The notes below the pieces were generated by a model. It was not told the DNA's origin. It ran no database searches and worked only from the letters and a program-made list of their open reading frames with translations. Below are positions 31,926 through 41,706 of a stretch of 64,000 nucleotides of DNA, piece by piece. Every line of letters starts with the position of its first letter. Within the stretch, counting starts at the first letter, position 1. The stretch spans positions 28,086 through 92,085 of the forward strand of contig JAGXIF010000044.1 of NCBI GenBank assembly GCA_024635755.1, written 5' to 3'. Source of the DNA: Halothiobacillus sp. Lineage in GTDB: Bacteria; Pseudomonadota; Gammaproteobacteria; Halothiobacillales; Halothiobacillaceae. A program made the position numbers and the translations under genes.

Positions 31926-33439
31926 GTCGTCAACTCCCGCGCGGTCTCGCGAACCACGGCGCGATCATCGAACGGCAACAGCCGTTCGCCGATCTGCTGG
32001 CCCGTTTCATGCCCTTTCCCGGCCACCAGCAAACAATCGCCCGGGCGGCCGGCGACCAACCGCCGCATCGCCTCGCGGATCGCCTCACGCCGGTCGGGCA
32101 GCACCTCGGCACTGGCCCGATTGGTCATGCCGGCGAGGATCGCCTCGATGATCGCCTCGGGCGATTCGCTGCGGGGGTTGTCGCTGGTGACGATCACCCA
32201 GTCGGCCAGGCGCTCGGCGATCGCGCCCATCAGGGGGCGCTTGCCCGTGTCGCGATCACCACCGCAACCGAACACGACACCCAGGCGCGCCCCATCGGCC
32301 AGGCCGGCACGCAGCCCGCTCAACACGTTCTCCAGAGCATCCGGGCTGTGGGCGTAATCCACCACCGCACTGGCCTTGTCGGCAATGGTGAAGGTCTCCA
32401 TCCGCCCCGGCGGCGCCTTCAAGCGACGGGCGCGTGCGGCCAGGGTCTCGAGCGATTCGCCCACCACCAGGCGCGCGGCCAAGGCGGCAAGCAGGTTCTC
32501 GGCATTGAACCGACCGGCTAACGGGGCCTCCAGGGTGGCACGCTCGCCGTGCTGCGTGACGACCAGGCGCATGCGGCCATGCGCCGGGGTATCCAGCACC
32601 CCGTCGAGGCTTGGCCGGCAACCCGGCAGTGCAGCGCGGGACGAGAGCGAGAAGCACAGTCGACGCACCGCGTCCGGGCGGGCATCGAGAACCGCCAACA
32701 TCCGCTCACTGGCCGACTGGTCGGCGTTGAGCACGGCCTGTCGGAGCGAAGGCAAAGCGAACAGGCGAGCCTTCGCCCCGAGGTAGGCCTCCACGTCGCC
32801 GTGGTAGTCGAAGTGATCGCGCCCCAGGTTGGTGAACACAGCGGTGCGGATCGGCAGCCCCTCGACGCGTCCCTGGCTCAGGGCGTGCGAGGAGACCTCC
32901 ATTACGATCGCGCGCGCGCCTTCGCTCACCATGTGGCCGATCAGGCGCCAGTTCTCGATCAACCCCGGCGTGGTATTGGCGATGCTTTCGTACTCGGCAC
33001 GAGGCGACCAGAGCCCCCAACCAAGCGTGCCGATCACGCCCACCGGATCGCCGTCGGCGCTCGCCAGGCCGGCGATTAGGTGGCTAACCGTGGTCTTGCC
33101 GTTGGTCCCGGTAACGGCCGTGATGTCTAGGTCCTCGTGGCTCCAGCCGTGGGCCAGGCAAATCAGGTCGGCGATCGTCTGCTCGGGCTGATCCAGCCGG
33201 ACGTTCCGGTCACCGGGGGGCAGCATGGCGCCCAGTACCGCACCGGCACCACGGTCGATGGCGTCGGCGACGAACCGGTCCGCCGGGGAGGACTGGGTCT
33301 CGCGGGCAAAAAAGACGGTGTGGCCATCCACCTCGCGGCTGTCGTCACTGATTGCGCGCACGGCTAGGTTCGGCGCCCCGGCGTGCCGCAGGGCAGCGAT
33401 CTGATGCAGGCGGATCTCGGGAAATTCGACGCGCGCCAT
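31922..33439 (-). CDS. murE: UDP-MurNAc-dipeptide--meso-DAP ligase
   Basis: TGTNGKTT, EVSSH, DYAHSPD, GCGGDRD, DNPR (DAP specificity) and AGKGHE motifs. Confidence 0.96.
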   Translation of the reverse strand: MARVEFPEIRLHQIAALRHAGAPNLAVRAISDDSREVDGHTVFFARETQSSPADRFVADAIDRGAGAVLGAMLPPGDRNVRLDQPEQTIADLICLAHGWSHEDLDITAVTGTNGKTTVSHLIAGLASADGDPVGVIGTLGWGLWSPRAEYESIANTTPGLIENWRLIGHMVSEGARAIVMEVSSHALSQGRVEGLPIRTAVFTNLGRDHFDYHGDVEAYLGAKARLFALPSLRQAVLNADQSASERMLAVLDARPDAVRRLCFSLSSRAALPGCRPSLDGVLDTPAHGRMRLVVTQHGERATLEAPLAGRFNAENLLAALAARLVVGESLETLAARARRLKAPPGRMETFTIADKASAVVDYAHSPDALENVLSGLRAGLADGARLGVVFGCGGDRDTGKRPLMGAIAERLADWVIVTSDNPRSESPEAIIEAILAGMTNRASAEVLPDRREAIREAMRRLVAGRPGDCLLVAGKGHETGQQIGERLLPFDDRAVVRETARELTT

Positions 33440-33440
33440 G

Positions 33441-35210
33441 TCAGCCGGCCTCCCCGTGGTCGATCGGACTCATGGCAGCCGGGACCGGGCCACCCGCTAT
33501 CTGCCCCGCCGGAAGCTCCAGCAGGTCATCGGGGCGGATATTGAGCATCCGCAGGGCCCCGCTCATCACCCGCTGGAAGACCGGGGCGGATACGTCCCCG
33601 GCATAGACCTGGCCCGCGGTCGGCCGATGCAGGACGACCACCAGTGCCAGACGCGGATCACTGGCCGGCGCCACGCCGGCGAAGACCGTGTTGTAGTCGG
33701 TCTTGGAATAGCCCTCCTTGCCCAGACGCCGGACGGTGCCGGTCTTGCCGGCCACCTGGAAGCCGGTGATCGCGGCCTTCGGGGCCGTGCCGGTGGGCGA
33801 GACCACCGAACGCAACATGCCGACCACCCGGTCGGCCGTTTCGGCATCGAACACTCGCCGCGTCTCCGGAGGCGAGTCGCGCCGCAACAGGCTGGGCGGC
33901 ACGTAGCGACCCTGATTGGCAAGGGCTACATAGGCCGAAGCTAACTGCAGGGAGGTCACGGACAGGCCGTAGCCATAACTGTGTGCGGCGATGTCGGCGA
34001 CGCGCCAATCCCTCCACAGGCTGAGCGACCCCGACGCCTCGCCGGGAAAACCGACACCGGTTATCTGTCCCAGGCCCAGTTCCCGGTAGGCATCCCAAAG
34101 AGCCTGCGCCCCGATGTCCTCGGCGATCAGGCTGGCGGCGATATTGCTCGACTTCTCCAGCACGCCGGTGAGGTCCAGTTCGCCGTAGTTGCGATGATCG
34201 TGGATGGTGAATCCGCCCACCCGCCGATAGCCGGGTGCGGTATCGATGACGTCCGTGGCCTTCCACCGCCCCGAGTCGATCGCGGCGGCAATGGTGAACG
34301 GCTTGACGGCCGAACCGGGCTCGAACTGGTCGACCAGCGCATGGTTGCGGGTCACGTCCGGTTCGATGCTGGCACGATTGTTGGGGTTGAACGACGGCGC
34401 ACTGCCCATGGCCAGCACCTCGCCGGTGGACACGTTCATCAGCACGATCGAGCCGGCGAGCGCCTCGTTCTTGTCGATGGCGTGCACCAGCTCGCGGTAG
34501 GCCAGGTATTGCAGGCGGCGGTCGATCGACAGGGCTAGGTTCTGCCCGGGGCGGGCCGCCTGAATGACGCCCAGATCGGCGATCTCGCGGTCGTCGCCGT
34601 CCTTGAGGATGCGCCGCTTGCCCGGCGTGCCGGAGAGCAGCTGGTCGAAGCTCAGCTCCACCCCGGCCAGCCCCTCGTCATCGATATTGGCAAAGCCCAG
34701 CAGCGGCGCGGTCACGTCGGCCGTGGGATAAAAGCGCTTGTATTCGCGCTTGAGTCCCACGCCGGGGAGGGTGGCGGCTCGCACGGCTTCGGCCTGGCTG
34801 GGGCGTACTTGGCGGGCGACGTACAGAAAACGTCGCGACGGCTTGTCCTGCACCCGGCGGATCAACCGGTCGGCGGAGAGCTCCAGCAGCCCGGCCAGAC
34901 GACGGATTGCCTCGGGATGGGACGCGATCACCTGGGGATCGATCCAGATGGCATGCATGGCCACGCTGATGGCAAGTGGCTCGCCATGCCGATCGGTAAT
35001 CATCCCGCGATGGGCCGCGATGGTCTGCACCCGCTGATGACGATCCCCGCCCTGCTCGGCGTAGAAGTCCCGTTCGGTCACCTGCAACTGCACGGCACGC
35101 GCCAGCAGAAGCACGGCGGCCGCAGCGAATACCATCAGGACGATTCCCGCGCGCCAGCGCACTCCGAGCCAGGCCGCCCAGTGGGTGACGATGCCCCAGA
35201 GCGCCTTCAT
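33441..35210 (-). CDS. ftsI: Penicillin-binding protein 3
   Basis: Start re-called at 35210. RGMITDRHG, SxxK (SAVK), SxN (SSN) and KTG motifs. Confidence 0.95.
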   Translation of the reverse strand: MKALWGIVTHWAAWLGVRWRAGIVLMVFAAAAVLLLARAVQLQVTERDFYAEQGGDRHQRVQTIAAHRGMITDRHGEPLAISVAMHAIWIDPQVIASHPEAIRRLAGLLELSADRLIRRVQDKPSRRFLYVARQVRPSQAEAVRAATLPGVGLKREYKRFYPTADVTAPLLGFANIDDEGLAGVELSFDQLLSGTPGKRRILKDGDDREIADLGVIQAARPGQNLALSIDRRLQYLAYRELVHAIDKNEALAGSIVLMNVSTGEVLAMGSAPSFNPNNRASIEPDVTRNHALVDQFEPGSAVKPFTIAAAIDSGRWKATDVIDTAPGYRRVGGFTIHDHRNYGELDLTGVLEKSSNIAASLIAEDIGAQALWDAYRELGLGQITGVGFPGEASGSLSLWRDWRVADIAAHSYGYGLSVTSLQLASAYVALANQGRYVPPSLLRRDSPPETRRVFDAETADRVVGMLRSVVSPTGTAPKAAITGFQVAGKTGTVRRLGKEGYSKTDYNTVFAGVAPASDPRLALVVVLHRPTAGQVYAGDVSAPVFQRVMSGALRMLNIRPDDLLELPAGQIAGGPVPAAMSPIDHGEAG

Positions 35211-35467
35211 CGGAACACCACCGTGGTGCGGTCTTGGGGGGGCGGCTGCATGCCGAGCTCCTCGGCGGCAATGCGCTCGATGCGCCCATGGGCGGTCAAC
35301 GTGCCCTCTTCGAGCTGCAGCTCGGCATAGGTGCCTTCCTGGCGCTCGATGGCATCGCGGCTGACCGCGATCTGCTGGGTGAGATGCCGGTCCTGGGCCA
35401 CCAGCACGACCACGGCAAAGGCGCTGGCAACCACCAGCAGGAGCAGGAAGAGATTCACCGCCCTCAT
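35207..35467 (-). CDS. ftsL: Cell division protein FtsL
   Basis: TM plus coiled coil ending RIERIAAEELGM; position between rsmH and ftsI. Confidence 0.9.
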   Translation of the reverse strand: MRAVNLFLLLLVVASAFAVVVLVAQDRHLTQQIAVSRDAIERQEGTYAELQLEEGTLTAHGRIERIAAEELGMQPPPQDRTTVVFR

Positions 35468-36387
35468 GCCACGCGCTCCGCAACCCGCATGATCGCACTG
35501 CGCGACCGCGGGTTGCTCGTCGTCTCGGTCGTCCCGGCGCGGATCGCCTTGCCGACCTTCTTCAAGGCCGTCGGCCCCACCGGGTTGCCGAAGAAGTCCT
35601 TGCCCGGCGTGCTGTGGTCCCGGATGAATCGCTTGACGATGCGATCCTCCAGCGAGTGGAAGCTGATCACCACCAGTCGACCGCCGGGGCGCAAGTGCTC
35701 CAAGGTTTGCTCCAGGGCCGCGCCGATCTGGTCGAGTTCCTGATTGATGTAGAGGCGAATCGCCTGGAAGGTGCGCGTCGCCGGATGCTTGTTGGGATCA
35801 CGCCGCGGGATGGCCGCCACCACGCAGTCGACGAGATCGCTGGTTCGGGTTAGCGGCTTTTCCTCGCGTCGGGCGACGATCCGGGCGGCAATCCGCCGGG
35901 CGAAGCGCTCCTCGCCCAGACGAAAGAGCACCTCACGGATTTCCTCCTCGTCGGCCACCGCCAGCCAGTCGGCCGCCGAGGGGCCACTGCTCTGATCCAT
36001 GCGCATGTCGAGCGGGCCATCGAAACGGAAGGAAAAACCCCGCTCGGCCTGATCGAGCTGGGGCGAGGAAACGCCCAGGTCAAACATCACCCCGTGCACC
36101 GGCTCGGTCACGCCGTGCGACACCAGGGCATCACCCCAGCCGGAGAAGGCAGCATTCACGAAGGAGAACCGCGTGTCCTGTTTGCCTAGGTAGGCGGCAT
36201 CTTCGGCCGCCTCGGCATCCCGGTCGAATCCGACCAGCCGCCCCTCGGGTGCCAGACGGGCCAGAATGGCGCGACTGTGCCCACCCCGACCGTAGGTACC
36301 GTCCACGTAGATGCCCGCCGGGTCGGTGATCAGGCACTCGACCGCTTCGTCTTTCAGTACCGTGTCGTGGGCGGGATCGAAGCTCAT
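35464..36387 (-). CDS. rsmH: 16S rRNA m4C1402 methyltransferase
   Basis: DGTYGRGGHS, DLGVSSPQLD, GPLDMRMD, FHSLEDRIVK and NPRSRSA motifs. Confidence 0.97.
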   Translation of the reverse strand: MSFDPAHDTVLKDEAVECLITDPAGIYVDGTYGRGGHSRAILARLAPEGRLVGFDRDAEAAEDAAYLGKQDTRFSFVNAAFSGWGDALVSHGVTEPVHGVMFDLGVSSPQLDQAERGFSFRFDGPLDMRMDQSSGPSAADWLAVADEEEIREVLFRLGEERFARRIAARIVARREEKPLTRTSDLVDCVVAAIPRRDPNKHPATRTFQAIRLYINQELDQIGAALEQTLEHLRPGGRLVVISFHSLEDRIVKRFIRDHSTPGKDFFGNPVGPTALKKVGKAIRAGTTETTSNPRSRSAIMRVAERVA

Positions 36388-36836
36388 AGCGACAGGGTCT
36401 CCAGGGCCGTGGGCAACTGGTCGTCATCGTCCTGCTGTTCGAGGAAGTCCTCGGTCATCTGAGACCAAAGCGGCTGCGACCACAGCTCGAGCTTCTTGCC
36501 CTGCCCCACCAGCACCGCAGCCTTTTCCAACTTGGCGTGCGCACGCAGAGCCGGCGGAATCACGATCCGACCGGCCGAATCGAACTCCACCTGGGTGGCA
36601 TGGCCGATCAACATCCGCTTGATGCGGTTGGCGGTCTTGTTGAAGGAAGGCAGGGCATCGATCTGCTTCTCGATCTCGAGCCAGGTGCCCAGCGGGTAAA
36701 CAAGGAGGCAGTGTTCCTGGGTGTCGATCGTGAGGATCAGCTGATTCTCATCCTGGGCAAAGGCATCCCGGTGTCGCGTGGGCATGGCCAGGCGACCTTT
36801 CGCATCCAGATTCAGATTGGTGATGCCTCGGAACAC
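36384..36836 (-). CDS. mraZ: dcw cluster transcriptional repressor MraZ
   Basis: MFRG start; two DxxGR motifs (DAKGRL, DSAGRI). Confidence 0.96.
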   Translation of the reverse strand: MFRGITNLNLDAKGRLAMPTRHRDAFAQDENQLILTIDTQEHCLLVYPLGTWLEIEKQIDALPSFNKTANRIKRMLIGHATQVEFDSAGRIVIPPALRAHAKLEKAAVLVGQGKKLELWSQPLWSQMTEDFLEQQDDDDQLPTALETLSL

Positions 36837-36904
36837 TTTTTCCCACTTTTTCCCACTTTTCTACACGTACACGCACTATAGCCCCACCCCGAAAGCCGAT
36901 CAAG
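36834..36904 (-). promoter_or_regulatory. dcw promoter and MraZ operator repeats
   Basis: TTGATC-17bp-TATAGT, then GTAGAAAA-GTGGGAAAAA-GTGGGAAAAA-GTG(start), a 10-bp-period TGGG repeat typical of MraZ boxes. Confidence 0.8.
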
Positions 36905-37186
36905 CGAATGGCGGTATTTTTCTTTTTGCCACAAGGAGTTAGCCGTGCCAGCCGGCGAAATCGGCAGGGCGTTTCCAGATAAAAACAGCGGGTTACGGGG
37001 CATAGATAACAAACCGCGCGAGGAAGGGCTGCGCGGGTTGCGATCGGCATTCATGTGCCGAGAAGGGAAAACAAGAACGATGGGGCGAGCCGGAGCGCCC
37101 CGCGCCTGGCCCGTCGTGGGGAACCGCAGGCGCATCGCGTCATCGCCGGAGCCGCCTTGGGAGCGGAGACACGATTGAAATGGGGT

Positions 37187-37550
<364 letters not shown>

Positions 37551-37690
37551 GGCGGCGGAGTATAACGGAGCCACCCGCCGTGTCGAGGCCGACACCCAAA
37601 TTGGCCCGCTCCGAATCGGGTAGAATTCGCCTCGCACTGCCGCCCCGAGGGCGGCGCCTCCACCCAGAAAAGCAATCGACGAGCGCTGTC

Positions 37691-38851
37691 ATGTCAAAGC
37701 CCCTGCCCGACACCCTGGAGTCCGCACGTGCCGCAATGACTACCCCGCCGAAGGAGGCCCGGATCGACTGCGATGCTGCTGCCGCGGTGATCGATTGGTA
37801 CTACCGCGAGTGCTGGCGGGATGAGCAGCTCGATGTCGACGCGCTGCGCTGGCTGCTCGACTGGATGCGCCACTGCCACGACCCGCGCCGCTTCGAAATC
37901 GCCGACGGGCTGTGCGTCACCCTGATGGCCGCCGGCGAACTCGGGGCTGCCATCGAGTTGGCCGAATCCTTGCTCGCCGAAGCATCGGACCCGGGACTGA
38001 TCCACACGCTGGCTTTGGCGCGGGCCGCGCACGGGGAACAACCCGAGGCCATCCGCTTGCTTACCGAACTGACCGGCCATGCCGATTTCGCCGAACTGCC
38101 CGCCGAAGTGGCCACCCAGGTGCACTGGGACCTGGCCACCCTGCATCGCCAGAAAGGCAGTCTGTTCAAGGCAATCGGGCCACTGACCCATGCGGTGGAG
38201 ACGGCCGGCGCGTCCTCCGACCCGGATCTCCTGGTCGAGGCCGCCGATCGCCTGATCGAGCAATTGGTCGAACAGGGCGGCGCAGAGGAAGCCTTCGACA
38301 TCCTCGCCCCTCAACTGGGCGACGAGCGCATCGCGCTGTGGCAACTGGTTCTCACCCGGCTGCATCGGCAGCTCGATGCCGACCGGCTCGAACACGGCAT
38401 GGCCCTGATGATCATCCACGGCGAGTACCGCAGCGTGCTCAATCTGTTGGTCGAGCGCGCGGCCAGCGACCCTGAACAACTGCAGTTGGCCTTCGTGACC
38501 GCACTGGCGCTGCACGCCCCCGCCGAGGTGACCTGCCCGCTGGCCGCCAGACTGCTGGCCACCGATGCCGACCGCCAAGCCGCCGACGCCCCGTTGATTG
38601 CCGCCGCCTCGGTCGCCATTGCCGAAAGCCAGCAAGAGAAAAGCGCCGACCAAGCCAAATGGCATCGTGATGGCGTGGTGCAATTGATCAGCGTCGCCAA
38701 ACACCAAGGCATCCTGGAAGAAGAGGTGCGCGAGTGGGCCGATAATGAAGGCCTTTATCACGAACAGGGAATAATCGAGCGTGCCACGCGTCACGGCCTG
38801 CAGCAGATAGAAAACCCGCCCCGGTGGCTAAGTGACCTCGTCGATACATAA
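37691..38851 (+). CDS. Hypothetical all-helical, TPR-like protein (386 aa)
   Basis: Start re-called at ATG 37691 because the upstream part of the ORF is rnpB antisense. Codon usage typical of the window; Ala/Leu-rich helical repeats; no catalytic motif recognised. Confidence 0.75.
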   Translation: MSKPLPDTLESARAAMTTPPKEARIDCDAAAAVIDWYYRECWRDEQLDVDALRWLLDWMRHCHDPRRFEIADGLCVTLMAAGELGAAIELAESLLAEASDPGLIHTLALARAAHGEQPEAIRLLTELTGHADFAELPAEVATQVHWDLATLHRQKGSLFKAIGPLTHAVETAGASSDPDLLVEAADRLIEQLVEQGGAEEAFDILAPQLGDERIALWQLVLTRLHRQLDADRLEHGMALMIIHGEYRSVLNLLVERAASDPEQLQLAFVTALALHAPAEVTCPLAARLLATDADRQAADAPLIAAASVAIAESQQEKSADQAKWHRDGVVQLISVAKHQGILEEEVREWADNEGLYHEQGIIERATRHGLQQIENPPRWLSDLVDT

Positions 38852-38878
38852 TCCGTCGCGCCGGCGACTGCAAAGACA

Positions 38879-38906
38879 CAAAAAACCCCGCCAAATCGGC
38901 GGGGTG
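38879..38906 (-). terminator. Intrinsic terminator after the H-NS-family gene
   Basis: Minus strand ACCCCGCC-GATTT-GGCGGGGT followed by a T run. Confidence 0.8.
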
Positions 38907-38982
38907 TCTCGTGTCGGCAAACCGGGATGCCACGCGGCTAACCCGCAAGGGTCAGCGAAAACCGGCATGATTGCGCAACTCG

Positions 38983-39306
38983 TCAGATCTGGAAGTCTTC
39001 CAGTTTCTTGCCCTTGTTCAATTCATCGACCAGCCAGTTGGGACGCTTGCCGCGACCGGACCAGGTCTGCGACGGATTGGCAGGGTTGATGAATTTCGGC
39101 GGCAACTTCTTGCCTGCCTGCTTGGATGTCTTTTCCAGGCCGAAAACATCGGCCACCGTGGTATTTAGTTCGGCAGCGAGTTCTTCGGCCTCGCGACGCA
39201 GTTCCATGACCCGCTTCTTGCTGCGATCACGCAATGCCTGCTCCGCATCGCTCACCAGCTTCTTCAGCTCGTCGGCCGAAAGGTTCTTCACATCGATATT
39301 GCTCAT
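38983..39306 (-). CDS. H-NS-family nucleoid-associated protein
   Basis: N-terminal coiled coil and C-terminal PPKFINPANPSQTWSGRGKRPNW DNA-binding signature. Confidence 0.92.
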   Translation of the reverse strand: MSNIDVKNLSADELKKLVSDAEQALRDRSKKRVMELRREAEELAAELNTTVADVFGLEKTSKQAGKKLPPKFINPANPSQTWSGRGKRPNWLVDELNKGKKLEDFQI

Positions 39307-39394
39307 CTGGACACTGACTCCTGACTAAAATCGGCTGAAAGGTCATCCGTTTCTCGAGAAACAGACACATCCCTTGCCCGTCCTAATGCCAAGA

Positions 39395-39423
39395 AATTTA
39401 TCCGATAAAAACCGGAGCGTCAA
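39395..39423 (-). promoter_or_regulatory. Sigma70-type promoter of the H-NS-family gene
   Basis: TTGACG-17bp-TAAATT in an AT-rich spacer. Confidence 0.65.
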
Positions 39424-39552
39424 CGAAATGAGGGAAAATATCCAGAAAAAGATAATCCGGGCCATGGAAAAAGAAAATCCGCCCGTGTGGGCGAATTATC
39501 ATTAAGCACCAATGCGGTGCTGCCTATCAGAGAGCGATGGCATAAGGGTTAT

Positions 39553-41244
39553 TCAGGCAAACAGGTCGAGTACCAACCGGCCCTCGGCCAAATCGGCCGT
39601 ATCATCACCTTCGCCCTCCCCGGCCATTGACGTCAGCGAGACCTCGCTCTCCGTGCCGCCTACCGGCTGCTCAGTCTGTCCCTGTGCCCCGCTCTCGGCG
39701 TCGGCCAGGGCCTGTTCGGATGGATTTTCCTCACCCAGGCTTATCTCCACCTCACTGTTGGCCAGGCCGGATTCCTGCAACCATTCGCGCAATCTCGGCA
39801 GGTGCTGCTCGAGCATCCCTTGCGCGGCGGGATTGGTGGCGGTCAAGGCAATCCGGGTTTCCTCACCATGATTCTCCACGGCGATCTTCAATGGCCCCAG
39901 ATCGGCCGGACGCAATTCGATGCTGGCCTTGGAAACCCCCTTGCTCGTCATCCACTGGATCTGCTGACCGAGTTGCGCGGGCAGCTGGGGATTGGGGGTC
40001 GGCGCACCGCTTCCCGGCTGCGGGGAAAAGATACTACCGGGTGTGCCGGCGGAGGTTCCCGACAGGGCAGAGAATGCGCCACCCAGCCCCTGCCCCGCGG
40101 AGCCGCTGAGGGCCTCGGCCTCTGCACGGCCCTCACGGGCCGGGGCAGCCGCCAGCGCCGACCAGCTGGTCATCGCGCCGCGATCCCTGCCCACCGATCG
40201 GGATGAGGCGGTGTCCGCCGCGCGCCCCGCCAGGCCCAGAGCGGCGGTCACGGGACCCCCATTCCAGTCGTCTGCCTCGCCGTCGGTGTTCGACTGGGCA
40301 GCCTGGGCGAGGAAAGCCTGACGCTCACCGGCGTGCCGCGACCAGTTCGAATCTCGCCACGACCACTCGCCCGCCATCCGGCTCTCCGCCTCCTGCCCGG
40401 CGTTCATGTGCACCTCGGTCTGCAATGATGACTCCAGGCGGGCAAGCGTCTGCTCCAGCGCCTGAACATGCCCCGCCAGGCCGGCGGCCGTGACATGCGG
40501 ATCGAGTTCCAGTTGCTCGAGGCCCTCCTGTACCGAGGTCATTTTCTGGCGAATGCGGTCGAGTGCCGCCGACTGATCGGCCGCCTCCCCCATCCCGGCG
40601 AATGCCTCGCGGAGCGCCTCCAAGCCCGCGGCCAGCTCCGAGAAGCCGGCGCTCGTCGGGGCATTCGCATCACCCGATCCAGGCTGCCCGCCGTTCCCGG
40701 TCAACATCTGCCGCAACGCATCGAGCTCGCTCTGTTCACTCGCCGAGAGCAGTCCCGGCTTTGCTTCCAGCATGGAGAGCCTGGAATCGGCGGCTTTTAG
40801 GTCAAGAGAACTGGAAGACGACATTTGGTCCGGCGTCTTCCTTGAGCCGGCCGCCGCGCGGGCCATGTCCGAAAGTTGCTCGGCAAGCTGGTCCAGCGTC
40901 GCCCGGAGTTCCCGGCCGATCGGCAGGTCGGCACCGCCCTCCCCGTCGAGCGCTTGCTGCCACTGCGCCATCTGTTCCTGCAGCCCCGCCAGGGCATGGT
41001 CGAGACGCGTCAGCTGGTCCGACGAGACCGGCGTCGGCGTGCCCCCGGCCTGCGAGATACCGCCTGCCTTGCCGGCCTTGACCACCCCCTGCGCCGAGGC
41101 CATCAAGCGAGCGAACTCCTGTTGCGCATTGCCTGACGCTCCGTCCGCTAGCCGCGCGGCTAGGCGTCCACCCTTGTGTTCGCTCCCGCCCAGCAAGCGG
41201 CCCAGCGCTTCCATGCCCGTCTTGCCTTCACCGATCTGACTCAC
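39553..41244 (-). CDS. fliK: Flagellar hook-length control protein
   Basis: Long low-complexity N-terminus; T3S4 domain with IELRPADLGPLKI and LPRLREWLQESGL; ends LDLFA; follows fliJ. Confidence 0.88.
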   Translation of the reverse strand: MSQIGEGKTGMEALGRLLGGSEHKGGRLAARLADGASGNAQQEFARLMASAQGVVKAGKAGGISQAGGTPTPVSSDQLTRLDHALAGLQEQMAQWQQALDGEGGADLPIGRELRATLDQLAEQLSDMARAAAGSRKTPDQMSSSSSLDLKAADSRLSMLEAKPGLLSASEQSELDALRQMLTGNGGQPGSGDANAPTSAGFSELAAGLEALREAFAGMGEAADQSAALDRIRQKMTSVQEGLEQLELDPHVTAAGLAGHVQALEQTLARLESSLQTEVHMNAGQEAESRMAGEWSWRDSNWSRHAGERQAFLAQAAQSNTDGEADDWNGGPVTAALGLAGRAADTASSRSVGRDRGAMTSWSALAAAPAREGRAEAEALSGSAGQGLGGAFSALSGTSAGTPGSIFSPQPGSGAPTPNPQLPAQLGQQIQWMTSKGVSKASIELRPADLGPLKIAVENHGEETRIALTATNPAAQGMLEQHLPRLREWLQESGLANSEVEISLGEENPSEQALADAESGAQGQTEQPVGGTESEVSLTSMAGEGEGDDTADLAEGRLVLDLFA

Positions 41245-41696
41245 TGCATTCCTCCCCGGCCGGCATTGGCCGCCCCATGCTGATCCATGACCTGCTGCTC
41301 GGCGTGGTCGGCCTTGCGGCGAATCGAATCCCGATATCGCTGACTGAGCCGATCGACCGACTCGTTGCGAGCATTGGCATCCCGGGCCTCGCCCGCGCGC
41401 TGCTCGAGCGTTTTTTCCAGGTCGGAGACCACCTTGCGTTGATGCTCGACGGTCTCCTCGATACGTGCCATGAACTGGCGATAGTTCTGCAGGGCAAAGG
41501 CGCGGTTGCGACCTTCGGCAGCAAAACTCAGGTTATTGGTGTACTCGTTGAAGTAGCCCTCGAGATCGGCCAGCCGCTGGCGTTGCTGGTCGAGATGCTG
41601 CTGGGCCTCGCGGCGATGACGCCGCGCCAGGTCGGCCTGGTGGCCCATCACCCGCCCGGCATTGCCCAGGGACTTGAGTCGTTGCGTGTCACCCAT
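41241..41696 (-). CDS. fliJ: Flagellar export protein FliJ
   Basis: 151-aa coiled coil with LQNYRQFMARI and EQQVMD; between fliI and fliK. Confidence 0.88.
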   Translation of the reverse strand: MGDTQRLKSLGNAGRVMGHQADLARRHRREAQQHLDQQRQRLADLEGYFNEYTNNLSFAAEGRNRAFALQNYRQFMARIEETVEHQRKVVSDLEKTLEQRAGEARDANARNESVDRLSQRYRDSIRRKADHAEQQVMDQHGAANAGRGGMQ

Positions 41697-41706
41697 GCTC
41701 GTCTCC

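Noticed and set aside
30216-32357. 713-aa ORF antisense to murE/murF/mraY
   Set aside because: Shadow ORF.
36905-37186. Hairpins and short ORFs between rnpB and mraZ as a possible ncRNA or small gene
   Set aside because: Explained adequately as the rnpB 3' trailer/terminator and dcw upstream region; no RNA family motif or convincing RBS.
39488-39507. Fur-box-like TAATGATAAT
   Set aside because: Only one half matches; expected in an AT-rich spacer.
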